Positions 48,407 to 57,733 of a stretch of 64,000 nt of DNA are shown here, piece by piece. The stretch covers positions 4,224 to 68,223 of IMG/VR virus record IMGVR_UViG_3300021963_000109; one strand, 5' to 3'. The stretch comes from a virus. Position numbers and translations under genes: made by a program. Each line of letters begins with the position of its first letter. Within the stretch, counting starts at the first letter, position 1. A model generated the notes under the pieces. It made no database searches. It was given only the letters and a program-made list of their open reading frames with translations, and was not told the DNA's origin.

Positions 48407-51400
48407 TTAACTTATGGTTATTTTAGTACCAAACCCCAAATTAATTTCAGAATCTGGGAGAGGATAAAATAATTTTCCTGCACCGATAAAGAATTTAAAT
48501 CCTCCCGAAATATCTGTAGCTGATCTTAAGAACTCGTCGAGGAAAACTACATAGAAAGGATTTCTTAAAGACATCCTATCCCATCTGGGAATATCTTCTT
48601 TGTTCCATAAAGGATTAAGAATATTAACAACGTTTCTGCCAAGTAGCACTATTACTGGCCAGGGAATCTTAGAAAATATTGCATCTTGTACTTTTAAATA
48701 CTCTTCTAAAAATCCTCCAGGAATCGGAATTCTTGAAGGAGCCTTAAATTTAGTCCAGAGAGCAGTGAAAGCTATATCAGAAAACGGATGAGTTGGTAAA
48801 AAATTCATCGTGAATTCTATGTAATCCTGAGGTCTGGAAGTAATCGGAATTTTTGGAAGATTTTCAATAACAGGTATTTTGGCACTCTTAGAAAAATTTT
48901 TAATTAAATTATCAGAAACAACTTTTAAATCGCTATCAGTTAATGATTCAAAATTTTCAAGTCCACCTGGAAGAATTTTATCAAAACTGGAAGTATCTAA
49001 TGAAGACATTAGACCATCCACTAAAAATTTGCCAATAGCCTTACCGGGAATAATTATTTGAGGAATTCCGCCAGGAAGCAAAGGAGCAGAAGGTAATGAA
49101 CTTTTTTTAGGAGGAATTTTTGGAAGATCCAACGAGGAAGAAAGATTGGAAAAAGATTTAACCATGCCTGTTATACTAGCAGGATCTGGTATTATAAAAT
49201 TTTTAAGATCACCTCCAGGAAATGCAGATAGAGTTTTATTTAAAACATTCTTGGTAAGCATTTTAATATCTTTCTGCCTTAGAACTTTATTTTCCCCGAT
49301 TGATAAATTCTCAATGGACTCTTTTATTTGTTCCGGTTTAAAATTTAAATTACTTGAAATATAATTTTTTAAAGTTTGTGTTATTGGGTTTGGTATTTCT
49401 TCTAAAGAGCTAGGGACTGGAACACCTGCTCCTGCTATTCTAGGTGCAGGATTTATCTTAGCTTTAAATGAAGAAAGACTTTTGCTAGAAATCGGGGATT
49501 TTTTCCCTTCAAATACTTTTTTTACCCCACCAGAAACAAGATCTGAGATCTTTTTCATGGACTCTGGATTTTTGTTTATGTCTTTTAGTTTTTCATCAAA
49601 CCTAGCAACAATCTTAGAATCTTTTGATAAACCTTTATTAATATCATCAAATTCCGCAGGCGTTGGATATTTTACATTATCTACGGATCTTAATATATTG
49701 GAAAGGAGATTTATTTTTTTAGGACTAGGAGTAATAGCAGGGATAATCCCAAGCTTCTTCTTATTCGCTACATCCTGAGCATTCTTTATGACGGAGGGTA
49801 TTTCAAATACTAAATTTTTTGAATTCTTAGGAAAAGGAATATCTGGTAAATCGACCGCTCCTACCAAGTATTCATTTATACATTCTTTAACTGCTTCTAT
49901 TTTTTCCTTGTCTATAGATTTTAAAAATTCTTTAACCCCTTCCTGCTCTTTTTTGATATCGCCACCCTCTAAGGCCATTCTTCTTTTCTTTTCTAAAATC
50001 TTCTTGTTTGTCTCTTCTTTTTTCTTAGTGATCTTATCCTGTATTTTTTGAATCTTCCCCATGTCAGGAAGTTTCTTATAATTAGCAAGTCTCTTGTCTA
50101 TGTTATCCTTTATCTCTTTAATAACCCTAGCAGGATCGTCCACGTTATCCTTTCCTAGATTAGGGAAGGGAAAAAGAAAATTTGGAATTCCTCTAGAAAT
50201 CATCTTCTTATAATTCTCAAGTGGATCTCTAGCTATAGGATCTGATTTTCTTGGAATGAATCTAAATCCTCTCATACCTAATAAGAAGATATTATTACCA
50301 GTCAGAAAATCGTGGAAATAAACTAAAGGACTAGGCATAAATCCACCAACGAAAGGAATGAAAATAACAATCACACCTATTCCAATCGGAATAACAATAG
50401 GATCCACTTTGGTCCAAACCATTGGCATTGGAATTCTAATAAAAGGAAGTCCATCAAGTGGATTAACTATCGGCGGGGGTAAGGGAATAAATGAAGGCGG
50501 TAAATAACCAACCGGCCAATATTTTAAACCAATATTAGGTAAAAATCCAGCAGGATTTTCAATTGGGGGAAGTCCAGCGGGAAGAGGAAGAAGACCCACT
50601 TTGTTTAGATTTTTACAAAACTCTTTCCAATAACAAACTGTAAATAAATTTGGACAATCAGGAGCTCCGGGAAAGGTACACGTTTTGCTTATATTAATAC
50701 TTTGTCCAGCCGGTCCACAGCAATCACTAGGACAAGGTGCTTTCTGCGGAGGATTTGCGCATGATATTGCAGATGCCTTAGAAGATAAATTATCTGCGGA
50801 ATTTTCCTGATCTAATTTTGTAATTCTCTCAGCAATATCTAATAATTGATTCTCAATCGAAGAAACTCTCTTTGATATTTCCTCAGAAGCACCTTTTAAC
50901 ATTGAAAGATTATTAGAAGCAGAATTTAGATTTACAGTGAAATAATAATCTGCTAATTTTTCAACGAAAATATCGGAAAGGCTCTTTATCTCTAGAATCT
51001 TTTTTTCTACCTCTTCTTTTCTTAGCGTGTATTTTTTATCCCACGATGTTTTATAATCTTGCCAAAAAGATTCAAATTCTTTGTTTGGGTTACCCTCTTT
51101 GTCTGTTTTAGCAGGTTTTATATCTGAAGATTTTCTTGCATCATTATCTCCCCTCTCTTCTTTATTAAAAAACAACCAAGGGCTAGCAGATGTTTCAATT
51201 AAATTAGAATATAAAAAACCATGATCAATTTGTATTTCCTTGAGTATTTGTTCTTTTGATTTTGTTGTATTTTCTATGTCACTCACAAAATTAAAATAAT
51301 CTTTAGCGTTCTTCGGATTTTCATCTTTTACTGATATAAAATTTTTAAAATCTTTGAAAAAGTCTTTATTCCTTCCTGCTAAAACACCCTTAGAGGAAAA

Positions 51401-52735
51401 CTCCATTCCCAACTGTAATTTTGTAATATCAACTCTTTGGTAATCCTGGGAGAGAAGGTCGTTATTTATATCCATTTTGACTTTCTCGAATGGTATTTCT
51501 TTTCCCAATCCATGGGGAAACTGTAAGGAAAAAGATATTCCAACATATCCAGATAATAGTGCTATCTCTTCCCTTTTAGATTCTTTAAATCTAGAAGAAA
51601 AAGATTTTATCGATTTCATAAAATTATTAGCTGCTTCAGAGTTCATCACCAAAACAGAAGTCAGAAGAAGGGGGTTTCCCTTTTTTCCTGCAGATTGTTT
51701 TTTCTGAAATTGCTCATATAATCCATAATAATAATTTTTGACTATCTTATAATGAAACAGAATTTCCTCTAATTCTTTTTCCGCTTTTTGTAATCTTGAT
51801 TTTTCTTCGTTCTTTTCTCTGATATCATTAAATATAGATTTTGTCTGTTTTAGACAAGAATTTATTTTATCTGAGATATCTTCTATTGGGGGAATTTCTG
51901 GATTCTCTATAGGGTCCGGCTCCGGATCTGGTTCACATATTTCCTGAAGGAATTTATTCAAATCATTCTTTGTGAAAAGAGGTTCTCCTGTTTCTGGATT
52001 AATCGGAATGTTGGGTTCGCAGAAAAGATCCTCTACAATTTCTCCTATGTCATTATAGTCTTTTTCTTGATCCAAAAGATCTTCTAGGTCTTTGATGAGC
52101 TCATCGTCATCAATCATGGTCTTTTGTAGCTTCTTCTCGCAATCTTTAGTTTTTTTACTTTTTGCCCTTATCTTTAATTTCTCAAGTATTTTAGCAAGGG
52201 AAAGCTTAGGAGGTGCGATATGAAAAAAGAGGGGTTTTCCTAAGTGGGTTATTATATTCAATGGAAAACTAAATCCAGCAATTTTAAAATTCCTTATTTT
52301 TAAATTAGCTTTTTTAAATTTAATTCCTGTTAAGTCTAAATCCAGATTATCGGAAATCATCTCCTTAGCCCTCTGTAATCTATCTGATAGATTTTTTTTC
52401 TCAAAAAAAGAATCAAATGAATCATTGTTTGAAAAATTTGGTAGCTCTTTAATATCTGTAGTAAGACCCAGCTTTTCTAAACATCTCCACAGAATTCTGT
52501 TCCCCAATTCTTCCCCTTCGTATTGGCAAAGAATATCATTAATCTCATCATCGCTTAATACTAACTCCTCGGGTTCTAAAGATTTATTAATTTCTTCACC
52601 CATCGATATAATCTCATCTTCGCTAGGCAAGGGATCTTTTCCAGGAACTATCTTAGAAGCAAGTTCCTCTGGTGTTATCTCCCCTCTATTTAAACTATCA
52701 ATTAGAGCTTGTATTTTTTCTAAATTATTGTCCAT
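48407..52735 (-). CDS. Large hypothetical protein with Cys cluster, Pro-rich hydrophobic segment and coiled coils
   Basis: 1442 aa; overlaps the end of the gp5-like gene. Confidence 0.6.
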   Translation of the reverse strand: MDNNLEKIQALIDSLNRGEITPEELASKIVPGKDPLPSEDEIISMGEEINKSLEPEELVLSDDEINDILCQYEGEELGNRILWRCLEKLGLTTDIKELPNFSNNDSFDSFFEKKNLSDRLQRAKEMISDNLDLDLTGIKFKKANLKIRNFKIAGFSFPLNIITHLGKPLFFHIAPPKLSLAKILEKLKIRAKSKKTKDCEKKLQKTMIDDDELIKDLEDLLDQEKDYNDIGEIVEDLFCEPNIPINPETGEPLFTKNDLNKFLQEICEPDPEPDPIENPEIPPIEDISDKINSCLKQTKSIFNDIREKNEEKSRLQKAEKELEEILFHYKIVKNYYYGLYEQFQKKQSAGKKGNPLLLTSVLVMNSEAANNFMKSIKSFSSRFKESKREEIALLSGYVGISFSLQFPHGLGKEIPFEKVKMDINNDLLSQDYQRVDITKLQLGMEFSSKGVLAGRNKDFFKDFKNFISVKDENPKNAKDYFNFVSDIENTTKSKEQILKEIQIDHGFLYSNLIETSASPWLFFNKEERGDNDARKSSDIKPAKTDKEGNPNKEFESFWQDYKTSWDKKYTLRKEEVEKKILEIKSLSDIFVEKLADYYFTVNLNSASNNLSMLKGASEEISKRVSSIENQLLDIAERITKLDQENSADNLSSKASAISCANPPQKAPCPSDCCGPAGQSINISKTCTFPGAPDCPNLFTVCYWKEFCKNLNKVGLLPLPAGLPPIENPAGFLPNIGLKYWPVGYLPPSFIPLPPPIVNPLDGLPFIRIPMPMVWTKVDPIVIPIGIGVIVIFIPFVGGFMPSPLVYFHDFLTGNNIFLLGMRGFRFIPRKSDPIARDPLENYKKMISRGIPNFLFPFPNLGKDNVDDPARVIKEIKDNIDKRLANYKKLPDMGKIQKIQDKITKKKEETNKKILEKKRRMALEGGDIKKEQEGVKEFLKSIDKEKIEAVKECINEYLVGAVDLPDIPFPKNSKNLVFEIPSVIKNAQDVANKKKLGIIPAITPSPKKINLLSNILRSVDNVKYPTPAEFDDINKGLSKDSKIVARFDEKLKDINKNPESMKKISDLVSGGVKKVFEGKKSPISSKSLSSFKAKINPAPRIAGAGVPVPSSLEEIPNPITQTLKNYISSNLNFKPEQIKESIENLSIGENKVLRQKDIKMLTKNVLNKTLSAFPGGDLKNFIIPDPASITGMVKSFSNLSSSLDLPKIPPKKSSLPSAPLLPGGIPQIIIPGKAIGKFLVDGLMSSLDTSSFDKILPGGLENFESLTDSDLKVVSDNLIKNFSKSAKIPVIENLPKIPITSRPQDYIEFTMNFLPTHPFSDIAFTALWTKFKAPSRIPIPGGFLEEYLKVQDAIFSKIPWPVIVLLGRNVVNILNPLWNKEDIPRWDRMSLRNPFYVVFLDEFLRSATDISGGFKFFIGAGKLFYPLPDSEINLGFGTKITIS

Positions 52736-53510
52736 TCTCTTTTGTTAGCTTGATCACGCTTGATGTAGATAATTGTTCATAACTTTCTGCCAATGTTGTC
52801 ATACATCCAGGACAGGAAGGTACTTTAGCATCAACTGCTGCTGCTAGTTGTTTTAAAAACATCCAAAGTGGCTCAGCAAGGACAGCAGAATAAACGGGAA
52901 CGTGTCCTAGCTTTGTTACTTTTCCATCTGACCAAACTTCATTACTGCTTTGTTTAATTCTAGTTACTGCAGTGCTTTCTATTTCAGAATTAGCATATTC
53001 AGTGATTTTTCCGCCTCTGAATTCTAGTGTTGCAGTTTGTCCCGCATGGGTAACAGTTATGGAGTTGTCGTTAGATATTATTATGGTCGAATCTTTTAAA
53101 TCTATAACCAATCCTTTAGCTACTGTATAATATATTTTTAGCTGTTCTATTCCATCATAGATTAAAGAGTGAGCACCTTCGTAAGATGCCTTTATTTCAT
53201 TAATAAGATCCGTAGATAATTCCTGAACTGCTTTGTATTCAGGAGCATAATAATTTCCATTGTTAAATTGAACATGAACTATGGATCCTACTTTAGGAAT
53301 ACTAACTCTTCCCGATCCTCCACCTTCCCCGAAAGAAATATCAAATCTTTGAAATGCCCAAGGAAGATTTTCGTCTGCTATATCATCATACATTCCAAAG
53401 ACTCTAACCTTACATCTAGCTCGAAATTCTGGGTCTTTGTTGTCAATGATGACACCAAGAAAATGTTGGGATCTTTCTATATTGGATTCCTGTAAATTAT
53501 CTAAAGACAT
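52725..53510 (-). CDS. Baseplate central spike (gp5/VgrG OB-fold, no lysozyme domain)
   Basis: GVIIDNKDP...RCKVRVFG...LPWA...IPKVGSIVHVQF..GN...P. Confidence 0.85.
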   Translation of the reverse strand: MSLDNLQESNIERSQHFLGVIIDNKDPEFRARCKVRVFGMYDDIADENLPWAFQRFDISFGEGGGSGRVSIPKVGSIVHVQFNNGNYYAPEYKAVQELSTDLINEIKASYEGAHSLIYDGIEQLKIYYTVAKGLVIDLKDSTIIISNDNSITVTHAGQTATLEFRGGKITEYANSEIESTAVTRIKQSSNEVWSDGKVTKLGHVPVYSAVLAEPLWMFLKQLAAAVDAKVPSCPGCMTTLAESYEQLSTSSVIKLTKENGQ

Positions 53511-53513
53511 AGC

Positions 53514-53538
53514 TCGGATTTTACTTTATGTATCCCGA
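53514..53538 (-). promoter_or_regulatory. GATACATA motif variant (53527-53534) within a weak hairpin upstream of the spike gene
   Basis: Minus strand TCGGGAT-ACATAAAGTAAA-ATCCGA-GCTATG. Confidence 0.4.
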
Positions 53539-53550
53539 ATTTAAAATGCC

Positions 53551-55611
53551 TTATTTATAGACGTTTTCTGAAATCGTGGGGTATGTTCTTTTTGGAACTC
53601 CAAGATCAGATCCTGGAATATTTCCATAAACATCATCTTTGTTTACTGGATATGTTCTATCGGGTAGTCCTAAATCACCACCTGGGTTATTTTCATAAAT
53701 GTCATCGGAAATGCTAGGATAGGTTCTATCTGGAGCTCCAAGATCTTTTCCGGGTACTTCATTATACATGTCTTGCTTTACTGTACCATAAACTCTCTTG
53801 GGAAGTCCTAGATCAGCACCCGGACTTTCTTTGTAAACATCATCAGATGTTTTAGTGTAAATTCTATCAGGAACACCAAGATCCTTGTTATCTAAATCTC
53901 CACCAACGTTTCTATATTCATCCTGTTTAACAACTGGATATGCTCTGTCAGGTAATCCGAGATCAGTCCCAGGGTTATTTGGATAAACGTCAGTCTTTCC
54001 TAAACCATTTCCAGTGCCACCCTGTGGATATTGATTGCCAAGATTAGATGGGGAAGACCCAGGAACAGTAGGATAAACATCTTCTTTGATGGTGGGATAA
54101 TTTCTTTCAGTTGGACCCCCTAATCCCTTAGACTGTGGCTTGTTGTCCTGAAAAGGTGATTTTATTGTTTTTATTCCATTAAGAAGATCCTGTGCAGAAT
54201 TTAAGGATCTAACCTCGTCAGCAATATTAAATCCATAAGCATTACCTAAAATCTGTCGAGTTACTATCGGAGACACCTGCTGTTGTACAACAGAAGCAAC
54301 CGAATTATTAATAAAATTATTAGCTAGCTTTCTGAAAAGATCTACGTTGTTATTTAAATTAACCCCCTTCATCATAATTTTAGAACCAGCCATATTCCAG
54401 CTATCCTGAACTAATATAGGGGCAAATGAAGATTCGTTCTTTAATAAATCTGAAAGAATATTATATTGAAGTTTATATTCTCTTATATTTCCAACGTGAA
54501 CTTTAAATTTATTTTCAACTGCGTTTCGGTTTTCTGCGTTATTTAAAGTGGTAAAAGGATACGATTCGTCGAAGTTAAATTCACATAGATCCAATTGATA
54601 CATTAAAATGTAAGGGGTAAGCTTTTCGAAGGACTTAACGAAGGATTCTAAATCATTACTAGGATTTTTAGATTGATTAGCACCGCCGTCTAATAATCCT
54701 GTTCCTTGCCCAATATCTCTAATTGTTTCTGCAATTCCTCTTACACCAGGGAGATTGAAAGGATTTAAAACATCAGCCAAATTTCTTTGAAGATCAATTT
54801 GTCTTATTTCGGTAACTATGATCCACATTCTGAATTTTCTCAGATTGGACGGAATGGTTTCTCTCTGATATTGGTAATCGTAAGTGGCTTTTCTGTATAG
54901 ATCTGCCATAGCATTAACTCTTAGATCAATTGAATCCATACAGTTAAAAGTTAATACGCCAGATCTTTGTTCTCTATATCCACTATTTTGACCAATTTGT
55001 CTAGGAATTAGATTTTTTAGTACCCCATCTAATCCATCAATGCTTTTGATAAACCACGGACTTTTTTCGTTTATACTAAACAATAAATTTCTAAATCCAA
55101 CCAAAGCATCCGCTCTGTGGGAAACCCCAGCACCACTAAAACTGTTAGCATCTAGAGGAATAACTTTTCCAGTGGCATCTCTTGTTATTCCGCCGAGTCC
55201 ATTCTCTTCTAAGCTTCTTCTTTCCCTTAAATAAGCTTCTGCGGTCATGTATTGCATGTCTGCAGTGTAATTGGGAAAACTTGTGATTTTATTTTGGGAA
55301 AGATTAAAAAAGTCTCTAGGAATAGGTTCCGGTGTTTTCATTCCTTTTATTGGACCAACTATCTGATTACTTCCGTTTGAAAATAAAGGACTAATAGGAA
55401 GGTAGGATTCAGGATCAACTAAACCACCATAACCCATATCGAACATAATTCTAAATCCGGTGTAGGTAGGATCTTCTTTTTGACCTGAAGAAGTTGTTTT
55501 AAGACCTTTTAAGAACGTAGTTCTTCCTCTATCAATTCCTTTATTAAAAATTTGATTCGGATCAGCTACACTGCTTAAATTGTCTTTAATATCGTTTAGA
55601 AAATTGGCCAT
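53551..55611 (-). CDS. Virion/baseplate protein with C-terminal 23-aa repeats
   Basis: 686 aa, between the hub and spike genes. Confidence 0.6.
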   Translation of the reverse strand: MANFLNDIKDNLSSVADPNQIFNKGIDRGRTTFLKGLKTTSSGQKEDPTYTGFRIMFDMGYGGLVDPESYLPISPLFSNGSNQIVGPIKGMKTPEPIPRDFFNLSQNKITSFPNYTADMQYMTAEAYLRERRSLEENGLGGITRDATGKVIPLDANSFSGAGVSHRADALVGFRNLLFSINEKSPWFIKSIDGLDGVLKNLIPRQIGQNSGYREQRSGVLTFNCMDSIDLRVNAMADLYRKATYDYQYQRETIPSNLRKFRMWIIVTEIRQIDLQRNLADVLNPFNLPGVRGIAETIRDIGQGTGLLDGGANQSKNPSNDLESFVKSFEKLTPYILMYQLDLCEFNFDESYPFTTLNNAENRNAVENKFKVHVGNIREYKLQYNILSDLLKNESSFAPILVQDSWNMAGSKIMMKGVNLNNNVDLFRKLANNFINNSVASVVQQQVSPIVTRQILGNAYGFNIADEVRSLNSAQDLLNGIKTIKSPFQDNKPQSKGLGGPTERNYPTIKEDVYPTVPGSSPSNLGNQYPQGGTGNGLGKTDVYPNNPGTDLGLPDRAYPVVKQDEYRNVGGDLDNKDLGVPDRIYTKTSDDVYKESPGADLGLPKRVYGTVKQDMYNEVPGKDLGAPDRTYPSISDDIYENNPGGDLGLPDRTYPVNKDDVYGNIPGSDLGVPKRTYPTISENVYK
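53554..54126 (-). repeat. Coding tandem repeat of about 69 bp (DxYxxxPGxDLGxPxRxY), six units plus degenerate copies
   Basis: Visible in the translation. Confidence 0.85.
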
Positions 55612-55613
55612 TT

Positions 55614-57137
55614 TTAATTTTTAACTACTGGGTCGGGATCTGATCCTCTACCGTCGTTAATCATCCATTCTCTTTTTCCGAGAATAAACGATTGAACTAT
55701 TTTACTGTTTATATACTCAATATATGATCCCATAACCATATAAACCCCACTTAGAAATTTATTATCAACCTTAGCTCCTACTTCATGTTGCTTAGAATCG
55801 TATGGTTGTCCTCCTCCTTCCTCTTGCGATGCCATTTTAGCCTGTGCAGCATTTGCATGAACTATTCTAGTAGGTACTGTTTGCCCTCTGTAGATCCAAG
55901 GAATAAAAGAATGCATCTGAGTCTCAAGGTAAACTTTAAAATTTTCGTATCTGTTGATTCTGTTTTGTATTAAAGCTTGTTGTAAATTTTGGTGTTGATT
56001 CTCACCATATTGTGTTCCTACCCAGGTTCTTTTCTTCTCCTTCTTGTACACCTCTTCGTTCACCCTTCCTTTAAAAATAATACTTCCAGGTCCTAAGTTT
56101 TTTTCGGTCACATATTCAACCTCATATTTAACATACTTATTAATCGGACGATCGCTTACTAATTTAGTATCGTAAAATTGAAGATCCCTGGCATATCCAA
56201 AACTGTTTGAAATATTTCCAGAAGCATTTTTTACTGAATAAGCGGTGATGAAAAAAGAGTAGGTTCGATAAAAAGCATCATTAGTGATAAACAGAGGAAG
56301 ATCAACTTCACCGGGTTTTGTATTACCATCTACACCGCCAGGAAGTCCCATTCCATCTGAAACTGATTGAAGAACCATTTGGTCGTCAACACTTTTTTCT
56401 AATAGCTGTTTTCTAAGATTGACAAAATTTAAAATATAATTATGATCTATCCACCAATCAAAAAAATCTTCTTCTCCTTGCCAAGCAGAATTACAAACAT
56501 CATCCAGGAATTTATAATAGGTTTTGTAAGGACAAAGCCAGTTCATTTTATCGTTAGTTCCTTTCTCGTTAGAAGCAAATCCTAAACCAAGTTCTTTCGC
56601 AATTTCTCTCATCACTTCATAAGATGTCTTATCCTTAAATGATTTTGAAACATGTTCAAATAAACCAGGAATTCTCATCTGAGCTTTAATTGTAAAATGT
56701 GTATCATTGGCATTTGCTCTATCATCGATTGGAAATCCACCACTTCCTGCAATAGGGAACGTATTTAAAACCTCGGTGATCAAAAGATCCATTCTCACAG
56801 GTTTATATAGTTGAGATGAAGATCTAATGAAGAGAGAAACTAAATCGCCGTCTTTAGGATAGGAGGTAAAAAGAAACGTTTCATCTTCTGGGGTAAATCT
56901 AAAAATTAAGGTAGGAATTTTACTTGTCATATCAAGTTTGAAGTAACTTAGATTTACAACCTGATATGAATTTATTTTAATTAAGGGAATTCCGTACCCG
57001 TTTGTTGTTTCTTCTCTGTTTTGGGATGCGTCAACTGAGGATTTAACCCCAGCATTCATGTCATCAGAGATTGATAACTCGTCGAGGATTATTGTTTCCT
57101 TCTCGTACTGTAAAATTGTTTTTTTACTGTCTATCAT
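55614..57137 (-). CDS. Baseplate hub protein (gp27-like)
   Basis: TSYEVMREIAKELGLGFASN, FFDWWID..Y.LNFV, FLSGVYMV. Confidence 0.6.
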   Translation of the reverse strand: MIDSKKTILQYEKETIILDELSISDDMNAGVKSSVDASQNREETTNGYGIPLIKINSYQVVNLSYFKLDMTSKIPTLIFRFTPEDETFLFTSYPKDGDLVSLFIRSSSQLYKPVRMDLLITEVLNTFPIAGSGGFPIDDRANANDTHFTIKAQMRIPGLFEHVSKSFKDKTSYEVMREIAKELGLGFASNEKGTNDKMNWLCPYKTYYKFLDDVCNSAWQGEEDFFDWWIDHNYILNFVNLRKQLLEKSVDDQMVLQSVSDGMGLPGGVDGNTKPGEVDLPLFITNDAFYRTYSFFITAYSVKNASGNISNSFGYARDLQFYDTKLVSDRPINKYVKYEVEYVTEKNLGPGSIIFKGRVNEEVYKKEKKRTWVGTQYGENQHQNLQQALIQNRINRYENFKVYLETQMHSFIPWIYRGQTVPTRIVHANAAQAKMASQEEGGGQPYDSKQHEVGAKVDNKFLSGVYMVMGSYIEYINSKIVQSFILGKREWMINDGRGSDPDPVVKN

Positions 57138-57721
57138 GATTCAAAAATTTGTCTTTGAGCAAATCTTGATTTTATAGTTGCAACTGATTTATTCTGCTGA
57201 ATTTTTGTTCTACAAACTCCAATATCAGATCCAAATATTAATTTTCCATTTTCAACCTTGAATTGTTCAGATCCCTCCGGAGTAACATTAGGAGGCAGTA
57301 CAGCAGCTTGGCTGATGTTAACCGAGTTTAAATACTCTTTTCTTTCCTCAGAAACCTTAGAAATTCTTTCTTGTAATTTTTTTCTAAAAGATTTTCTTAT
57401 ATCATCCTGTAATTCGGGTGTTTGTTTTCTTGGTAATTTATTTATAGTTTCACTGTCTGGAATGAATAGAACTTCATTGCTATCAATAGAAAAAGGATTC
57501 GAAATTGAATTAACTTTTAGAAGGATTCCCATATTTTTTTGATTTCCACAATACATTGCAGAAACTAGATCTGGTCTCATAATATGCTCTTCAGTTGTCA
57601 TTATTAATCTAGAAAATCCGATCTTAACCTCAGTGTCAACTGAGGGAGTAGTTAAATCTAGAATTTCCTCCCCGTTAATAACCCTTGTTTTCTTATTTTC
57701 TAAAATGTCTATATGTAACAT
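57134..57721 (-). CDS. Baseplate protein (gp53/LysM-like)
   Basis: RPDLVS..YCG....ILLKVNSISNPF...LFIP. Confidence 0.75.
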   Translation of the reverse strand: MLHIDILENKKTRVINGEEILDLTTPSVDTEVKIGFSRLIMTTEEHIMRPDLVSAMYCGNQKNMGILLKVNSISNPFSIDSNEVLFIPDSETINKLPRKQTPELQDDIRKSFRKKLQERISKVSEERKEYLNSVNISQAAVLPPNVTPEGSEQFKVENGKLIFGSDIGVCRTKIQQNKSVATIKSRFAQRQIFES

Positions 57722-57733
57722 AATTATTGTTTA

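Noticed and set aside
48407-52735. Tape measure protein call
   Set aside because: Too Pro- and Cys-rich, and lacks the long Ala/Gly amphipathic helical pattern
53554-54126. CRISPR-like or DGR repeat
   Set aside because: The repeats are in frame and vary at synonymous positions, with no identical DNA repeat, no adenine-specific variation and no reverse transcriptase in the window
701-57542. Numerous short plus-strand ORFs in the track (for example 4519..4965, 13933..14364, 49482..49778)
   Set aside because: They lie antisense within well-supported genes and have no motifs, so they are shadow ORFs
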